A stretch of 64,000 nt of DNA from a virus (lineage: Duplodnaviria; Heunggongvirae; Uroviricota; Caudoviricetes): the IMG/VR virus record IMGVR_UViG_3300025387_000013, positions 46,520 to 110,519 of that record; one strand, given 5' to 3'. The notes beneath the pieces were generated by a model that saw only the letters and a list, made by a program, of their open reading frames with translations, was not told the DNA's origin and ran no database searches. The translations under genes and the position numbers were made by a program. Shown here one piece after another: positions 21,404-31,730 of the stretch; the stretch's first letter is position 1; the number at the start of each line of letters is the position of its first letter.

Positions 21404-22659
21404 TATAAATACTGTTTAAATATATTTGTCATTCCATCTGTCTCATCTATTAAAAATGCAGTGATTTCTCCCTTAGACATTACATGACCATTTTTATCAT
21501 CCCATGAACTTTTAGCATTTGAAAAAGCTGGAACTTGATAGAATTTAATACCATTAAAATCATGACTTATTTCATGATGTTTATCTCCTGTAAATATGTA
21601 AAACACTTGATGTTTAGACCAGTGTTCTCTAAACTCTATTGGAAATATACCAGCAAGTTTTGCAGGTTTGATAGCATCACCATGATTAAACATCATTCCT
21701 GTAATACCATATCCTACATATTTTCTATACTTAGGACTAATATCAAATTCTACTCTTTCTTGATTTCTGAAATAAGTTTGTAACCAATGTAACATATGCC
21801 ATCCTACAAACTCATCATGATTACCTGATACATAGGTGATATACACCTTATTAGCATATTGTAATAACATTGTAATTACAAGAACCTCATGATTACATAT
21901 TTGAATAAATGATTCATGATATGTATTTATATTTTGTTGAGGGGTTCCTTTAGTTGTGGTCCCTGTAAATTCACTATTAAACTGATCAGATCCAAGAATA
22001 TAAGTGACATGATCTAAGTTGTTAGATAGTTGAGCTTGTGCCATTATAGTTTCTATTCTATAAATTATTCTAGCACATCTCTCCACTATATTGTTATTTC
22101 CATCTATATCAAACTTATTTAGATGTGAGTCTTGTTTACTAATTACTAGACACCCATGAGGTTTGCTAGCAGTAAACTTAGGACTCATAACATCTTGACT
22201 AACAGGCTTATATAAAGCTAAAAAGTCTACAAACGCATCTTGAAAAACTTGTTCTGTAGACTTCTTACCTAACCATGCCTTAACTTGCCAATGGGGCTCT
22301 TTTTCATTCCCCCAGAAGTTTTGTACATATTTAGTTATTTCCCATTTCTCTGTATCTATTTTGCATTTCTCAATTAGATCATCAAGACTTTTAATTTCTT
22401 CTTTAACATTTACAACTATCTCACCTGTTCCACGTGAAACATCTTCTGTAAATTTAACTATAACATCTTCTAATTCTGATACATAATTTCCAACTTCTGC
22501 ATCATCTTCAATTTGTTCTTTCTTTCTTATATCACTTAGTAAATCATAAACCTCATTTTCTGTAATTCCTAATTTTTCTGCGTAAAACTTTTTTGATTTC
22601 TTCCAATGTAACATTTGTTCAAGTTGCTGTAGAAGAGATTGATTTTCAAGCATATGCAT
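21403..22659 (-). CDS. HTH plus calcineurin-like metallophosphoesterase (Mre11/SbcD or Ser/Thr-phosphatase-like, 418 aa)
   Basis: N-terminal HTH-like segment (YAEKLGITENEVYDLL). Phosphoesterase motifs D-S-H, GSDQ, GNHDE, NHGD and GDKHHE appear in canonical order. First gene after the intrinsic terminator at about 22757-22789. Confidence 0.6.
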   Translation of the reverse strand: MHMLENQSLLQQLEQMLHWKKSKKFYAEKLGITENEVYDLLSDIRKKEQIEDDAEVGNYVSELEDVIVKFTEDVSRGTGEIVVNVKEEIKSLDDLIEKCKIDTEKWEITKYVQNFWGNEKEPHWQVKAWLGKKSTEQVFQDAFVDFLALYKPVSQDVMSPKFTASKPHGCLVISKQDSHLNKFDIDGNNNIVERCARIIYRIETIMAQAQLSNNLDHVTYILGSDQFNSEFTGTTTKGTPQQNINTYHESFIQICNHEVLVITMLLQYANKVYITYVSGNHDEFVGWHMLHWLQTYFRNQERVEFDISPKYRKYVGYGITGMMFNHGDAIKPAKLAGIFPIEFREHWSKHQVFYIFTGDKHHEISHDFNGIKFYQVPAFSNAKSSWDDKNGHVMSKGEITAFLIDETDGMTNIFKQYL

Positions 22660-22756
22660 TTTTTATGGTTAAAATTGCTGTGAAGATATGAATTTATTAT
22701 ATACCTACCAAATTTAATTAACCTCTTTGATTAGATAGATTAATTAGATTAATTAG

Positions 22757-22789
22757 AATAAAAAACTCCCAGGGTAGAAACCCCAGGAG
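22757..22789 (-). terminator. Intrinsic terminator on the minus strand (CUCCUGGGG-UUUCUA-CCCUGGGAG + UUUUUUAUU)
   Basis: 9-bp stem with two G-U pairs and a 6-nt loop followed by a U6 run. Lies between 22832 (end of the upstream tail gene) and 22659 (start of the phosphoesterase gene). Confidence 0.65.
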
Positions 22790-22831
22790 GACTTCCTGTA
22801 AACCAACAAACAGGATTTTTAATAAAATTTA

Positions 22832-23545
22832 TTACCAGTAAGGTATGTTTGTACAACCTTGTATATGTAATGTAACAACAGTAGATCCTACCATAAATGT
22901 ATCACCACTATTATAAGTAATCAGAGAACCTCCATTAATTGCTATTAACACTTGTTGAACACTACCTCCAATAAGAGATATGCTCTGAGATTTTACAGAT
23001 GGTCTATTACTAGGGTTAGATTCAAGACTTCCAGTAGTAGTAGCTAATGTACTACCTGCTGTTATTATACTAGGATTAGTAGTCATTTGGAAACTATCTA
23101 TATCAGTTCCTGTACATCCTGCAGTGTCATATCCTGTAACTAATAAATTCTCTATTTTAAGAAAATCACTCACTGGATTAGTTAAACTAAATGTCCATGT
23201 AGGGCCACCAAAAGAAGGACCTGTAAATGATATAGATAATATAGATGTAGGAATAGTTGTAGTACTTGTAGATGTAGTGGATGTACTAGTTGAGCTAGTT
23301 GATGTAGTGGATGTTGTAGGAGCTCCTACAATTGGCATATAAAGATCTCTAGTACAAATTCCTGTAGATCTAGCAAGAATAGTTGTACTGGCATCAGGAA
23401 CCACTGTAGATGTATATCCTGCAAGTAGATCTGCTGCTGAAATACCTGTGGCAAATGGTGTTATATAGCCATCAGCATCTGAATATAGATTGAAAGGCCC
23501 TACGTCAGAACCTGCTAATGTGAAGGTTATTGTAACTGTATACAT
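22832..23545 (-). CDS. Hypothetical tail protein with S/T-rich linker (237 aa)
   Basis: ORF with a central TSTTSTSSTSTSTTSTSTTT linker. Last gene before the minus-strand terminator. Confidence 0.5.
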   Translation of the reverse strand: MYTVTITFTLAGSDVGPFNLYSDADGYITPFATGISAADLLAGYTSTVVPDASTTILARSTGICTRDLYMPIVGAPTTSTTSTSSTSTSTTSTSTTTIPTSILSISFTGPSFGGPTWTFSLTNPVSDFLKIENLLVTGYDTAGCTGTDIDSFQMTTNPSIITAGSTLATTTGSLESNPSNRPSVKSQSISLIGGSVQQVLIAINGGSLITYNSGDTFMVGSTVVTLHIQGCTNIPYW

Positions 23546-23553
23546 AGAATATT

Positions 23554-24660
23554 TTAAGGAAGGTATATAATATAATAAGTAGCTAATACAGGTTGAATAT
23601 TATTATGTGCACCATTACTACCAGCTGGAGCATTTGTTACACCTACTGATGTAGATACACCAATACCTGTTGTAGCAACAGAAGTTGCATAATCTTGAGG
23701 AGTATTACTTGATAGTCCAATTGTACCACCTCCTCCAGTATCTCCTGTTTTACCACCATAATGATAGTGACCAGGATCACTCACTATTGAAATAGCAGAC
23801 GCTGTAGCACTATGTGTATGACTTGGCATTTGTGATGCAAGAAGTGTAACAGAATTTACACCATCTGTATCACCTATAGCATAGTTTGGATTACCAGCAA
23901 ATGCAGGATCTATAGCAGGGCTTAAAGGTACACCTACAACTCCAGGAGTTACAATTGCACCAACACCCACTCTTCCTCTTTTATCTGGTGTACCATTATT
24001 ACCATTACATAGATAGACTTTATCCCATCCTAATGAATTAATACCTGCACCTGTACCATCAAAGTTAGTCAGAGGGCCATAATATTCAACAGCTGTATAA
24101 GGAACCATCTTTAAATACTGCTGATTATTTGAGCTTGTACTATTTAAATATGCTTGAATTAATGAATTAAGATCAGCTACTCTTACATAGTTAGATGTGA
24201 CATCGTTTGTTAAAGCAGCTAAATCTGAAACTGTTGTACATAATTGTGTAATTGCAGCTTGAACTACAGCATGTGTATTAGATGAACCATCTACACTAGG
24301 AAGACAGCTTGCTGAATAAGGACTATTAAGAGCAGTTAATGTACTATTAATTGTATCAACTTGTCCTTGTAAATTACAAGCAGCTCTTACTAATGCTGAT
24401 GCTAATTCAACTAATGTAGGAACAGCTGGAGGAGCTGGTAAATATTGAGAAACTAATGTACAATAATATGAAGGATTTACAGTGATATTAATACCTGAAC
24501 CATCTAAGAAAGAAACTACAGCATCAATTAATGTATTCTCTATACATAAAAGATTGGTTGGCACAGTAATTCCTAACGCAGGAACTTCTGCTCCTGTGTA
24601 ATTAACACATTGATCGGTTGTTACTTGAATACAACCATTGTTACAATTATCGCAAGGCAT
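23554..24660 (-). CDS. Phage tail-collar-domain fibre protein (368 aa)
   Basis: C-terminal motifs LLASQMPSHTHS and NIQPVLATYYIIYL match the phage tail collar / MdpB-type domain signature (xMPxHxH ... NxQPylxxnyII). Confidence 0.6.
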   Translation of the reverse strand: MPCDNCNNGCIQVTTDQCVNYTGAEVPALGITVPTNLLCIENTLIDAVVSFLDGSGINITVNPSYYCTLVSQYLPAPPAVPTLVELASALVRAACNLQGQVDTINSTLTALNSPYSASCLPSVDGSSNTHAVVQAAITQLCTTVSDLAALTNDVTSNYVRVADLNSLIQAYLNSTSSNNQQYLKMVPYTAVEYYGPLTNFDGTGAGINSLGWDKVYLCNGNNGTPDKRGRVGVGAIVTPGVVGVPLSPAIDPAFAGNPNYAIGDTDGVNSVTLLASQMPSHTHSATASAISIVSDPGHYHYGGKTGDTGGGGTIGLSSNTPQDYATSVATTGIGVSTSVGVTNAPAGSNGAHNNIQPVLATYYIIYLP

Positions 24661-24666
24661 TTTAAC

Positions 24667-24933
24667 TTATTTATGGATTAACACTATCACTCTACTAGCA
24701 ATCATTTGTACTGTAAAATGTTCACAGTAATAAGGATTACAGAGCTTGTAAGCTAATATCTGTTTATAATTCAATAGATCATTAACCAGTTCTCCTGATA
24801 TATACTTATTCAAAGAGAATACAATATTGTTATATTGATAATTAGCTAAGTCTGTAAGCTTACAATCAATATCTTTTAATAATGATTCTATTGTAGTACA
24901 ATCAATACAGTTTGTTAATCTTGTGTATAACAT
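24667..24933 (-). CDS. Hypothetical small protein (88 aa)
   Basis: ORF in the operon. Confidence 0.4.
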   Translation of the reverse strand: MLYTRLTNCIDCTTIESLLKDIDCKLTDLANYQYNNIVFSLNKYISGELVNDLLNYKQILAYKLCNPYYCEHFTVQMIASRVIVLIHK

Positions 24934-25046
24934 TTTTTATTCTTTGAGTTGTTTGTTTCAGCTTATAGTGACAGGCTGAACACAAACCATTAATCAATTG
25001 ACATCCACATCCAACTTGAAGTCCGCAAGATCTACAGTTTGCCATA

Positions 25047-25607
25047 TTAATAAAAGTTTATTGTATAGTTATTTCCACTACAGCCACAATTATTATTTAT
25101 AAAATTGGTTAGCATATTATCTGCTTGCATGTATAACTTATTTGCTGTATCTATAGCACAGTTATTAGCAGCAGCAACTGCTCCTTGTATCATAAAATAA
25201 ATGCTACTTAGTGTCACTTTAGATTGTGTTCTTATTGCAGAATCACATTCCATCATATCTAGTTTCATAAATGCACTATCATACTTCTCTTGTATACGAT
25301 CAATACGCATAAATGTCTTAGTAACAAAATTTGTTATAGCAGGATCTACAGAATATGTAGCAGTCCAAACTCCATCTGGAAGAGGAAGTAAAGGTTGACC
25401 TGATGTACTAAGTCCTAATATAAGAGAATTAAAAACATTAAAGTTTAATGGAACAAAAGGTAACACTGTAGGACTTGAAAATCCTGGAATAGTAAAACTC
25501 ATACTAGGACTTACAACAACTGGAGGAGTTGTATCATAAGTTGATGTATCTGCTATACCTATTGTATTTACAGTGTAAGTATTGATTACTAAAAAATCTA
25601 GAGTCAT
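25047..25607 (-). CDS. Hypothetical structural protein (186 aa)
   Basis: ORF in the structural operon. Confidence 0.45.
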   Translation of the reverse strand: MTLDFLVINTYTVNTIGIADTSTYDTTPPVVVSPSMSFTIPGFSSPTVLPFVPLNFNVFNSLILGLSTSGQPLLPLPDGVWTATYSVDPAITNFVTKTFMRIDRIQEKYDSAFMKLDMMECDSAIRTQSKVTLSSIYFMIQGAVAAANNCAIDTANKLYMQADNMLTNFINNNCGCSGNNYTINFY

Positions 25608-25693
25608 AGCTTATTAAAAATAAAAATGCCAGAGGATTTGAGAAAGATCCTCTCACCCTCTGGCATAGGTTATATGATAACTACCTTATTCTG

Positions 25694-26854
25694 TTAAGGA
25701 ATTAAAGTGGTAGTTGATGTAGTGGTACTTGTGCTAGAAGTTGAGCTAGTGGTAGTTGTGGTTACACAAGCGTTATCGCTAGCTACAGTTCCTAAAGCAG
25801 CTTGTAATACACCTTCAATAGTAGCAGTGGCTCCTTGAGGTATAGCAATGATTACAGAGCTATCTTCCATAATATAGTCACCCCACTGATAAGTAGATTT
25901 GTCAAACGCATTAAACTTGATATAATAAGTATCATAGGTTGTACCAGTAGATACCCAGCTTTCAAAGTTTTCGTTATAACCAACCATTCTGTAAAGATGC
26001 TTCAAATATCCAGCTTGGTAGCTATAGAAATTCTTTTCTAATTGTTGAATCTCTGCAGAAGTACCAGTTGCATAAGAAGAACGTTGTAAAATAACAGGCT
26101 CAGCAACAAAGTTACATCTGTCAGCAACAATGAAGTCTGCAGTTGTAGCAGGACCAGAGTAAACAAATGTACGGAAGTAAAATCTGTCATACTCGAAAGG
26201 ATCTGCAGCAACGTCACAAGGTTGGCCATATTTAGTTAATGGTTTACCAGTGATTTGTAATGTAGCACTCTGATCATTTCCAATTCTTTGGAAACTGTAG
26301 AAAGTGTTGAAGCTAATGTTATCAGGGTTGTCACCAGGTGCTTGTTGAGTTAACTTAACGATGAAAGCATCAATTAAAGCAGGAACATCAACATCAGTAC
26401 AAGGATTACCACCACAATCACAACATGGAGCTTGAACAGTTACACTACGTGTGAAACCATTAAAATACAATGTATCAACATAGCTAGAGAATCCACGTAA
26501 GGTTAAAGTTACAACATCACCACATTTAACTGTCCAACCACCTACTGAGGTGATTTGATTAGCTGCTGTAGGACATCCATTTACCTTATACCATTCAGTA
26601 ACGTTAGGAGCATAAGCTGAGTTATTGATACCAGAGATTTTGTCTGAACGCTTAGATCCCTGTAAATAGGTATTCACTCTACCTTGTGCTAAATAGAAGT
26701 ATGGAAAGTTTGCAATGTTTACACTAGTTGCTACTGTGTAATCACTGCCAAAGATACCAAACTGACCAGCTGTTAAATTTTGTGTAGATCCAGAGCTAGG
26801 TAGAGTATTTCCTACTGGAACCACAAAGAGCGTGGTTAATGAAAAATCGGCCAT
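25694..26854 (-). CDS. Hypothetical major tail or structural protein with C-terminal S/T tract (386 aa)
   Basis: ORF. The C-terminus TTTTSSTSSTSTTTSTTTLIP resembles the linkers of the other tail proteins. Confidence 0.5.
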   Translation of the reverse strand: MADFSLTTLFVVPVGNTLPSSGSTQNLTAGQFGIFGSDYTVATSVNIANFPYFYLAQGRVNTYLQGSKRSDKISGINNSAYAPNVTEWYKVNGCPTAANQITSVGGWTVKCGDVVTLTLRGFSSYVDTLYFNGFTRSVTVQAPCCDCGGNPCTDVDVPALIDAFIVKLTQQAPGDNPDNISFNTFYSFQRIGNDQSATLQITGKPLTKYGQPCDVAADPFEYDRFYFRTFVYSGPATTADFIVADRCNFVAEPVILQRSSYATGTSAEIQQLEKNFYSYQAGYLKHLYRMVGYNENFESWVSTGTTYDTYYIKFNAFDKSTYQWGDYIMEDSSVIIAIPQGATATIEGVLQAALGTVASDNACVTTTTTSSTSSTSTTTSTTTLIP

Positions 26855-26881
26855 TGTGTTTTTTATTTAAATTGTAAAAAA

Positions 26882-27613
26882 TTATTCGTTTGTTTGAATT
26901 CTATACACTGAACTTTGAACTGCAGATTGATTCTCTGTGTACATTGCTAAGTTTTGAACTGTTAAATCTAAAAGTTCATCTTCTAAGTATAGTTCAAGTT
27001 CACAATCACTATCTATTGAAGGAGTGCCATCAAACCTTGTATATCCCACTTTATCTATATACTGAGGATATCTCATATATGATATATTAATGGATGTAGG
27101 TGCGAAGGTTCCATCTGTATAAATATTCACTTCATCTGTTGACAAGAAGATAAATGTTTCTTGATATTCAAAAGATGGTTTGAAATGATCATTAGTTATT
27201 AGAAATTGTAAGTCTTGATGTTTAGCAAGATCTCTATTAATCCAAATCTTTCTATTTATACAAGGTCCTTTATCTGCTAATAAGTAACTATCTATATAAA
27301 ACATATATTGTGGAATCAAGGCGTGTATATTTGCACCCCACTGATTCAACTCAGCATTCTTCAAATACATAGGAAGAGGCTGATGGTTATATGTAATAAT
27401 TAAACTTTGTAGGTCTTCATAACGCTTTTTAAAAGCATCCAACCCTAAACCAGAAGCTGTACTAAATCCATCAAACTTTTGCTTAATCAACTTAACTTGG
27501 GCCTCATTCAATGCCAAGATCTTGTCTTCTAAGTTAATCTGTTGATGTTCGTTTGTTGATAGTTTATTTAGTTTCTGATCAATCTTATATAATAAACTAT
27601 CTACAGGGATCAT
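26882..27613 (-). CDS. Hypothetical head-tail connector or structural protein (243 aa)
   Basis: ORF in the operon. The minus strand codes across this region. Confidence 0.45.
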   Translation of the reverse strand: MIPVDSLLYKIDQKLNKLSTNEHQQINLEDKILALNEAQVKLIKQKFDGFSTASGLGLDAFKKRYEDLQSLIITYNHQPLPMYLKNAELNQWGANIHALIPQYMFYIDSYLLADKGPCINRKIWINRDLAKHQDLQFLITNDHFKPSFEYQETFIFLSTDEVNIYTDGTFAPTSINISYMRYPQYIDKVGYTRFDGTPSIDSDCELELYLEDELLDLTVQNLAMYTENQSAVQSSVYRIQTNE

Positions 27614-28635
27614 ACAGAAGCTAGTTTTTTAGTTTTTAATTTACCTTCTAATGTTAATAGTTGGTCTTGATTATCTTCGTCAGCAAGTTGCTTTACTAAA
27701 TCATCTTCATCAATAGCTATTTCAAAATCACCTTCGTATATTCTTCCATTAGGTCTTGATCTGTAGATAGAGTGAGCAATTGCTTGTTTTACTAAATCTT
27801 TAATATGGAGCAAGTTTTCTTTCATGTCAGCAAATCTTCCAAAGATTTCTACAGGATTAAGTCCTTGGTATTTACCATTCTTAAACTCTGTTTGTTTTAA
27901 CAGATTATCAACTAGGTTATATACCACTTCTTCTTTTGTATCATCTGTAACAGGAAGTCCTAATAAACGAGAAACCTTTTTCTTTTTCTCAGGACTCATT
28001 GCGTCAAATTTAATAATGGCTTTGTTAATCAACTGTTTCTTCTTATACATCACTGCATTTTCAATCTCATCATCAGCTACATAGAACTGAATGTCTGCTG
28101 GATATTCACCACGCTCCCAAGCTTGATAGCTAGAAGCAATTGTTGGATGAACTCTTAACCATGCAAATGCTAGTTCTTGAAAAGGTTGTGAGAAATCAAA
28201 ATAATTATCTCCATCCATAAGCTTTACAGCTTGTACATGAAGAGTATCATCTGAAGAAGTTGAGAGTCCATAATTCCAAAATGAAGATCTAGGTCCTAAA
28301 TCAATATCACCTAAAGCAGCTTCTAGTCTCTTTTTTAACTCTGTAACTCTTTCTATTTCTAAATCTCTTTCTACCTTATCTCCAATACGTTTAATGTAAG
28401 AAGCATTAGGATTTAATCCTGTTCTATACTGGCCATCTAATTCTTTATAAGGATATTTAAAAACTCCTGTTCCAGGAATTCTTGTTAAGCCTTTGGTAGC
28501 TAGTCCACCTTGCATAGTTTGTAACTGAGAATTATTGTAATCCTTTTTAATAGTTGAAATTTTGCCAATCTTGCCCATATGTAGTTTATTTATTTGGTTT
28601 ATTAGCAGATGAATGTTCATCGAAGAACTAGCCAT
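27610..28635 (-). CDS. Hypothetical head-associated structural protein (341 aa)
   Basis: ORF immediately downstream of the major capsid protein gene and the structured intergenic region. Confidence 0.5.
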   Translation of the reverse strand: MASSSMNIHLLINQINKLHMGKIGKISTIKKDYNNSQLQTMQGGLATKGLTRIPGTGVFKYPYKELDGQYRTGLNPNASYIKRIGDKVERDLEIERVTELKKRLEAALGDIDLGPRSSFWNYGLSTSSDDTLHVQAVKLMDGDNYFDFSQPFQELAFAWLRVHPTIASSYQAWERGEYPADIQFYVADDEIENAVMYKKKQLINKAIIKFDAMSPEKKKKVSRLLGLPVTDDTKEEVVYNLVDNLLKQTEFKNGKYQGLNPVEIFGRFADMKENLLHIKDLVKQAIAHSIYRSRPNGRIYEGDFEIAIDEDDLVKQLADEDNQDQLLTLEGKLKTKKLASV

Positions 28636-28670
28636 TAAGCATAAGACTTAATCCAATCATCTGTGTTTTT

Positions 28671-28770
28671 GAGAAGACTCCCCTAGCTGTGAGGGCTAGG
28701 GGGTAATTCTTCTCGGTAGGGTTATAATGACTCATCCGAGGGGGCTGTTCTATGGGTAGCCTGATGAGTA
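28671..28770 (-). promoter_or_regulatory. Two GC-rich RNA hairpins immediately 3' of the capsid gene (no U-tract)
   Basis: Hairpin 28730-28770 has an ACUCAUC/GAUGAGU outer stem. Hairpin 28671-28714 has a GAGAAGA/UCUUCUC outer stem plus a CCCCUAGC/GCUAGGGG inner stem. GC-rich island in an AT-rich genome. Confidence 0.5.
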
Positions 28771-28776
28771 CTGTTA

Positions 28777-30330
28777 TTAGAATTGTGGAATCTCTTCAAT
28801 CAAAACTGTACGAGACAAATCTTCAATGAATACATCACAACGGTCTTTCATCCAGATTTCGTATCCTGGGAATTTGTTAGCACTTGACATACCTTGAGAC
28901 TTAGCAAAGCCTAAGTGGTGACGAGTACCATCAATATATCCCCAAGTCATAGAAGGTGCACCCTTCATACGAACTTCACGAATGTTGTTAATCATAGAAC
29001 CATCGCTCATTGGGCTCACATCAAATACCATGAATACTGGAGTAGATTTTTTGTTCTGTCCAAATTCAAGATTAGTTTGAGGAAGATCCAATTCTTTCAA
29101 GTGAATAAGTTCAACACGACCAGTCTCACGAGTAACCATTGCATCGAAAGCAAAGTTGTAAGTGATATGTTGACCTTCTCCTTGCATATATCTGTTACCA
29201 GAATCAGCCATGAAAGTAAGACCAGAGTTTAAAGCGTCATTCTTTAAAGCTTGTTGGAACACGTCAAAACCAGCTTCATTAGTGTACATTTTAACTCTAC
29301 GATCTTTAACATCAACACGTCTGTAGAATAAGTCACCAAACACTGAACGAATCAAGTTTGCAGTGAACTCACCACGATTGTATTGAACTAAGTTACCGTT
29401 ATTACGCATTCTGTGGTAAACACCAGCAGAAGTTCTTTTTAATTCTTGCTTAGAACCATTGGTCTTCACTGTACCAGGCTTAGCCCAGATCATACGCTTA
29501 ACCTTTAATTCTAACATAGATTTACGCATCCAGAACTCAATGAATGGTTCCCACTTAACATCATTACGAGTTAAAGGAAGTTGGTTACGTCTTTGAGGAG
29601 CATACACCAAGATATCCAAAGGTTTACCAGAAGCATCTCTCATCATTTTGTCATCAGCCCACTCAGTGATTTTGTGCTCATAACCATATGCAGAACCTAA
29701 AGATTCAAACATAGTAATTTGCTCACCTAAACGAGGAAGACCTAATAAGTCTTGATCAAACTCACCAATAGCTGCATCAACTAATTCTAATTCGATACCA
29801 ACTTTTAAGAAGGTTCCGTTTACATAGTCTACAGTTGGATTGTCAGTTACAAGAGTGAATGTGTATAAATATCCTACATTCCAAGGCTGAGGATCTTTAA
29901 CAACATAGAAACGAGGACCATACTGACGAGTACCTACAGATACAATTGCGTTCTTAGAAAACTCATTAGTATCAATAACTAAAGTGAATTCTTGACCATC
30001 AATACCTGGCTTATCTAAGTCTTGGGTACTGGTTGGAACATCAATGATTTTAGGGAATTTGTACGGAACTTGTACTTGCCACTTCCAAGCATCACTATTA
30101 TTATCAATATAGTAAGGAGTCGACTTGTTAATCATATCCAAGAAGTCATTACTGTAAAGAGAACTCTGAGTATAAAGACTGATAATTTTTTTATCATAGT
30201 CTGCTGGCTCAGTTGAGTGAAAACTCTCCAAGTGGTTTGAATCTGTTAATTTACCTACAGCTCGCTTATCCATAGAAGCGACTCTTGCGTAAGTAAAACC
30301 AGTTAAACCTGGGATTGTTTGAATTGCCAT
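28777..30330 (-). CDS. Putative major capsid protein (517 aa)
   Basis: Order terminase-portal-scaffold, then this gene. Size is typical for a major capsid protein. Followed by strong RNA hairpins, as is common after highly expressed capsid genes. Confidence 0.6.
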   Translation of the reverse strand: MAIQTIPGLTGFTYARVASMDKRAVGKLTDSNHLESFHSTEPADYDKKIISLYTQSSLYSNDFLDMINKSTPYYIDNNSDAWKWQVQVPYKFPKIIDVPTSTQDLDKPGIDGQEFTLVIDTNEFSKNAIVSVGTRQYGPRFYVVKDPQPWNVGYLYTFTLVTDNPTVDYVNGTFLKVGIELELVDAAIGEFDQDLLGLPRLGEQITMFESLGSAYGYEHKITEWADDKMMRDASGKPLDILVYAPQRRNQLPLTRNDVKWEPFIEFWMRKSMLELKVKRMIWAKPGTVKTNGSKQELKRTSAGVYHRMRNNGNLVQYNRGEFTANLIRSVFGDLFYRRVDVKDRRVKMYTNEAGFDVFQQALKNDALNSGLTFMADSGNRYMQGEGQHITYNFAFDAMVTRETGRVELIHLKELDLPQTNLEFGQNKKSTPVFMVFDVSPMSDGSMINNIREVRMKGAPSMTWGYIDGTRHHLGFAKSQGMSSANKFPGYEIWMKDRCDVFIEDLSRTVLIEEIPQF

Positions 30331-30361
30331 TTTTGTTATTTTTTAATTTTTGTTATGTGAA

Positions 30362-31615
30362 TTATTGGAACCACGACATTGGTTTGACAGGAGCTTTAGA
30401 TTTTACAGCACTTTTATTTGCTTGTCTAGCAACTTCTCCAAATAATTCATTAGATTTTTTGGTGATGCCTGTCTTTTGAATGGTAGAGAGAGTGGGATCT
30501 TTTTCAAGAATTTTAAGTAGCAATGCCACCTTCACTTTCTTCTCATGATTCTCAGGACGCTTTAGATCTAGAATAGTACGATCAAATTCTGTAAGGGTTT
30601 CTCCAGAAGGTGTTTTGTATCTATCTGTTACTAGGAAATCTTGTAGTTCACCAGCCAATTTAGGATTAAGAGGAATACCATCAAACTCTTTAGTTTTAAG
30701 CTTTTCTTGCAGAACATTATTTACATTCTGTTGATATTGCTGTCTAATAGTTTGTTGTTGTTGTAATTGTACCTCTTTTTCTTGTTCAAGTTGTTGAAGC
30801 TTTGCAGCTTCTTTTTTAACTAATACTTTGTGATGTCTAGTTGCTACTGTTTCTAGGTCACCGTAGTTTTTAAGTCTGTCCACTTCTGTTGTAACATCTT
30901 CAGGATCAAACCCTTGATCAGTTAGAGCCTGTTTTATAATTGCCACTTGATTTGATTCTTCTGCAAGATCCATCTCAGCGAAAGACTGTATTTTATTGAA
31001 AGCACTAAAATATTCTATTGGACTAACTCCTTTTACATATATGGCATCAAATGCTTTTTGATAATCTTCTCCAAATTGACCTATGAAGTTATTTACCACT
31101 TCTATAGCTCCTTTCTTCTTTTCAGCATTGAATTTTTCTAGAAACTCTTCAGGGGTAGATACTATTGTTTCTTCTTCATCATCATCTTTAGAAAAGACAC
31201 CTAATTTATATAGATCTTTAGATAGAGCAGTGAACTGGTTTGGTTCATCTGTTTCTTCAGGATCTTCTGTAGAAGTTTCAGCGACAGGAGCCACTGTCTT
31301 TTTTGGAGATTTAACAGGAGGAGTTTCTTCTTCATTTTCATCTTCCTCAGTATCATCAAAAAAATCTTCAATTGATTTAGAAGGATCTGGTGCTTCTGTA
31401 GTTTCTTCAGATGTAGTTGCAGCTTCTTTTTTACCAGGAGCTTTCTTTTCAGGAGGAGGAGGTGTATCTTTTATATCCTGAATATCATCAGGATCAGTTG
31501 TAGATGTTTCTGGAGCAAACAAGTCACTTAAAAGTTCTTGGTTTCCTGCTCCAAACTCCATAGTATTCTCAATACTGAAGTTACCCATTGTGGGGTTATC
31601 TAGATTTTCAGCCAT
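30362..31615 (-). CDS. Putative scaffolding protein (417 aa)
   Basis: Highly acidic, low-complexity N-terminus (D/E/T-rich). The C-terminal half is predicted coiled coil (QQLEQEKEVQLQQQQTIRQQYQQ). Sits between the portal and the capsid gene. Confidence 0.55.
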   Translation of the reverse strand: MAENLDNPTMGNFSIENTMEFGAGNQELLSDLFAPETSTTDPDDIQDIKDTPPPPEKKAPGKKEAATTSEETTEAPDPSKSIEDFFDDTEEDENEEETPPVKSPKKTVAPVAETSTEDPEETDEPNQFTALSKDLYKLGVFSKDDDEEETIVSTPEEFLEKFNAEKKKGAIEVVNNFIGQFGEDYQKAFDAIYVKGVSPIEYFSAFNKIQSFAEMDLAEESNQVAIIKQALTDQGFDPEDVTTEVDRLKNYGDLETVATRHHKVLVKKEAAKLQQLEQEKEVQLQQQQTIRQQYQQNVNNVLQEKLKTKEFDGIPLNPKLAGELQDFLVTDRYKTPSGETLTEFDRTILDLKRPENHEKKVKVALLLKILEKDPTLSTIQKTGITKKSNELFGEVARQANKSAVKSKAPVKPMSWFQ

Positions 31616-31730
31616 ATGTAGTTGTATTTATTTGGTTTTCAAGTAGTAAAATTATGTTACATATTATTAATAGCAAAGAGATGAAGATTGTTTAGCTCTA
31701 TTATTTATGATAATATAGCATTAATATTTT

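Noticed and set aside
28758-28775. CUGAUGAG hammerhead-ribozyme-like core on the plus strand near the capsid gene stop
   Set aside because: No matching stem II or GAAA, and no stem I/III pairing could be built. The CUGAUGAGU instead forms the 3' arm of a simple hairpin with ACUCAUC.
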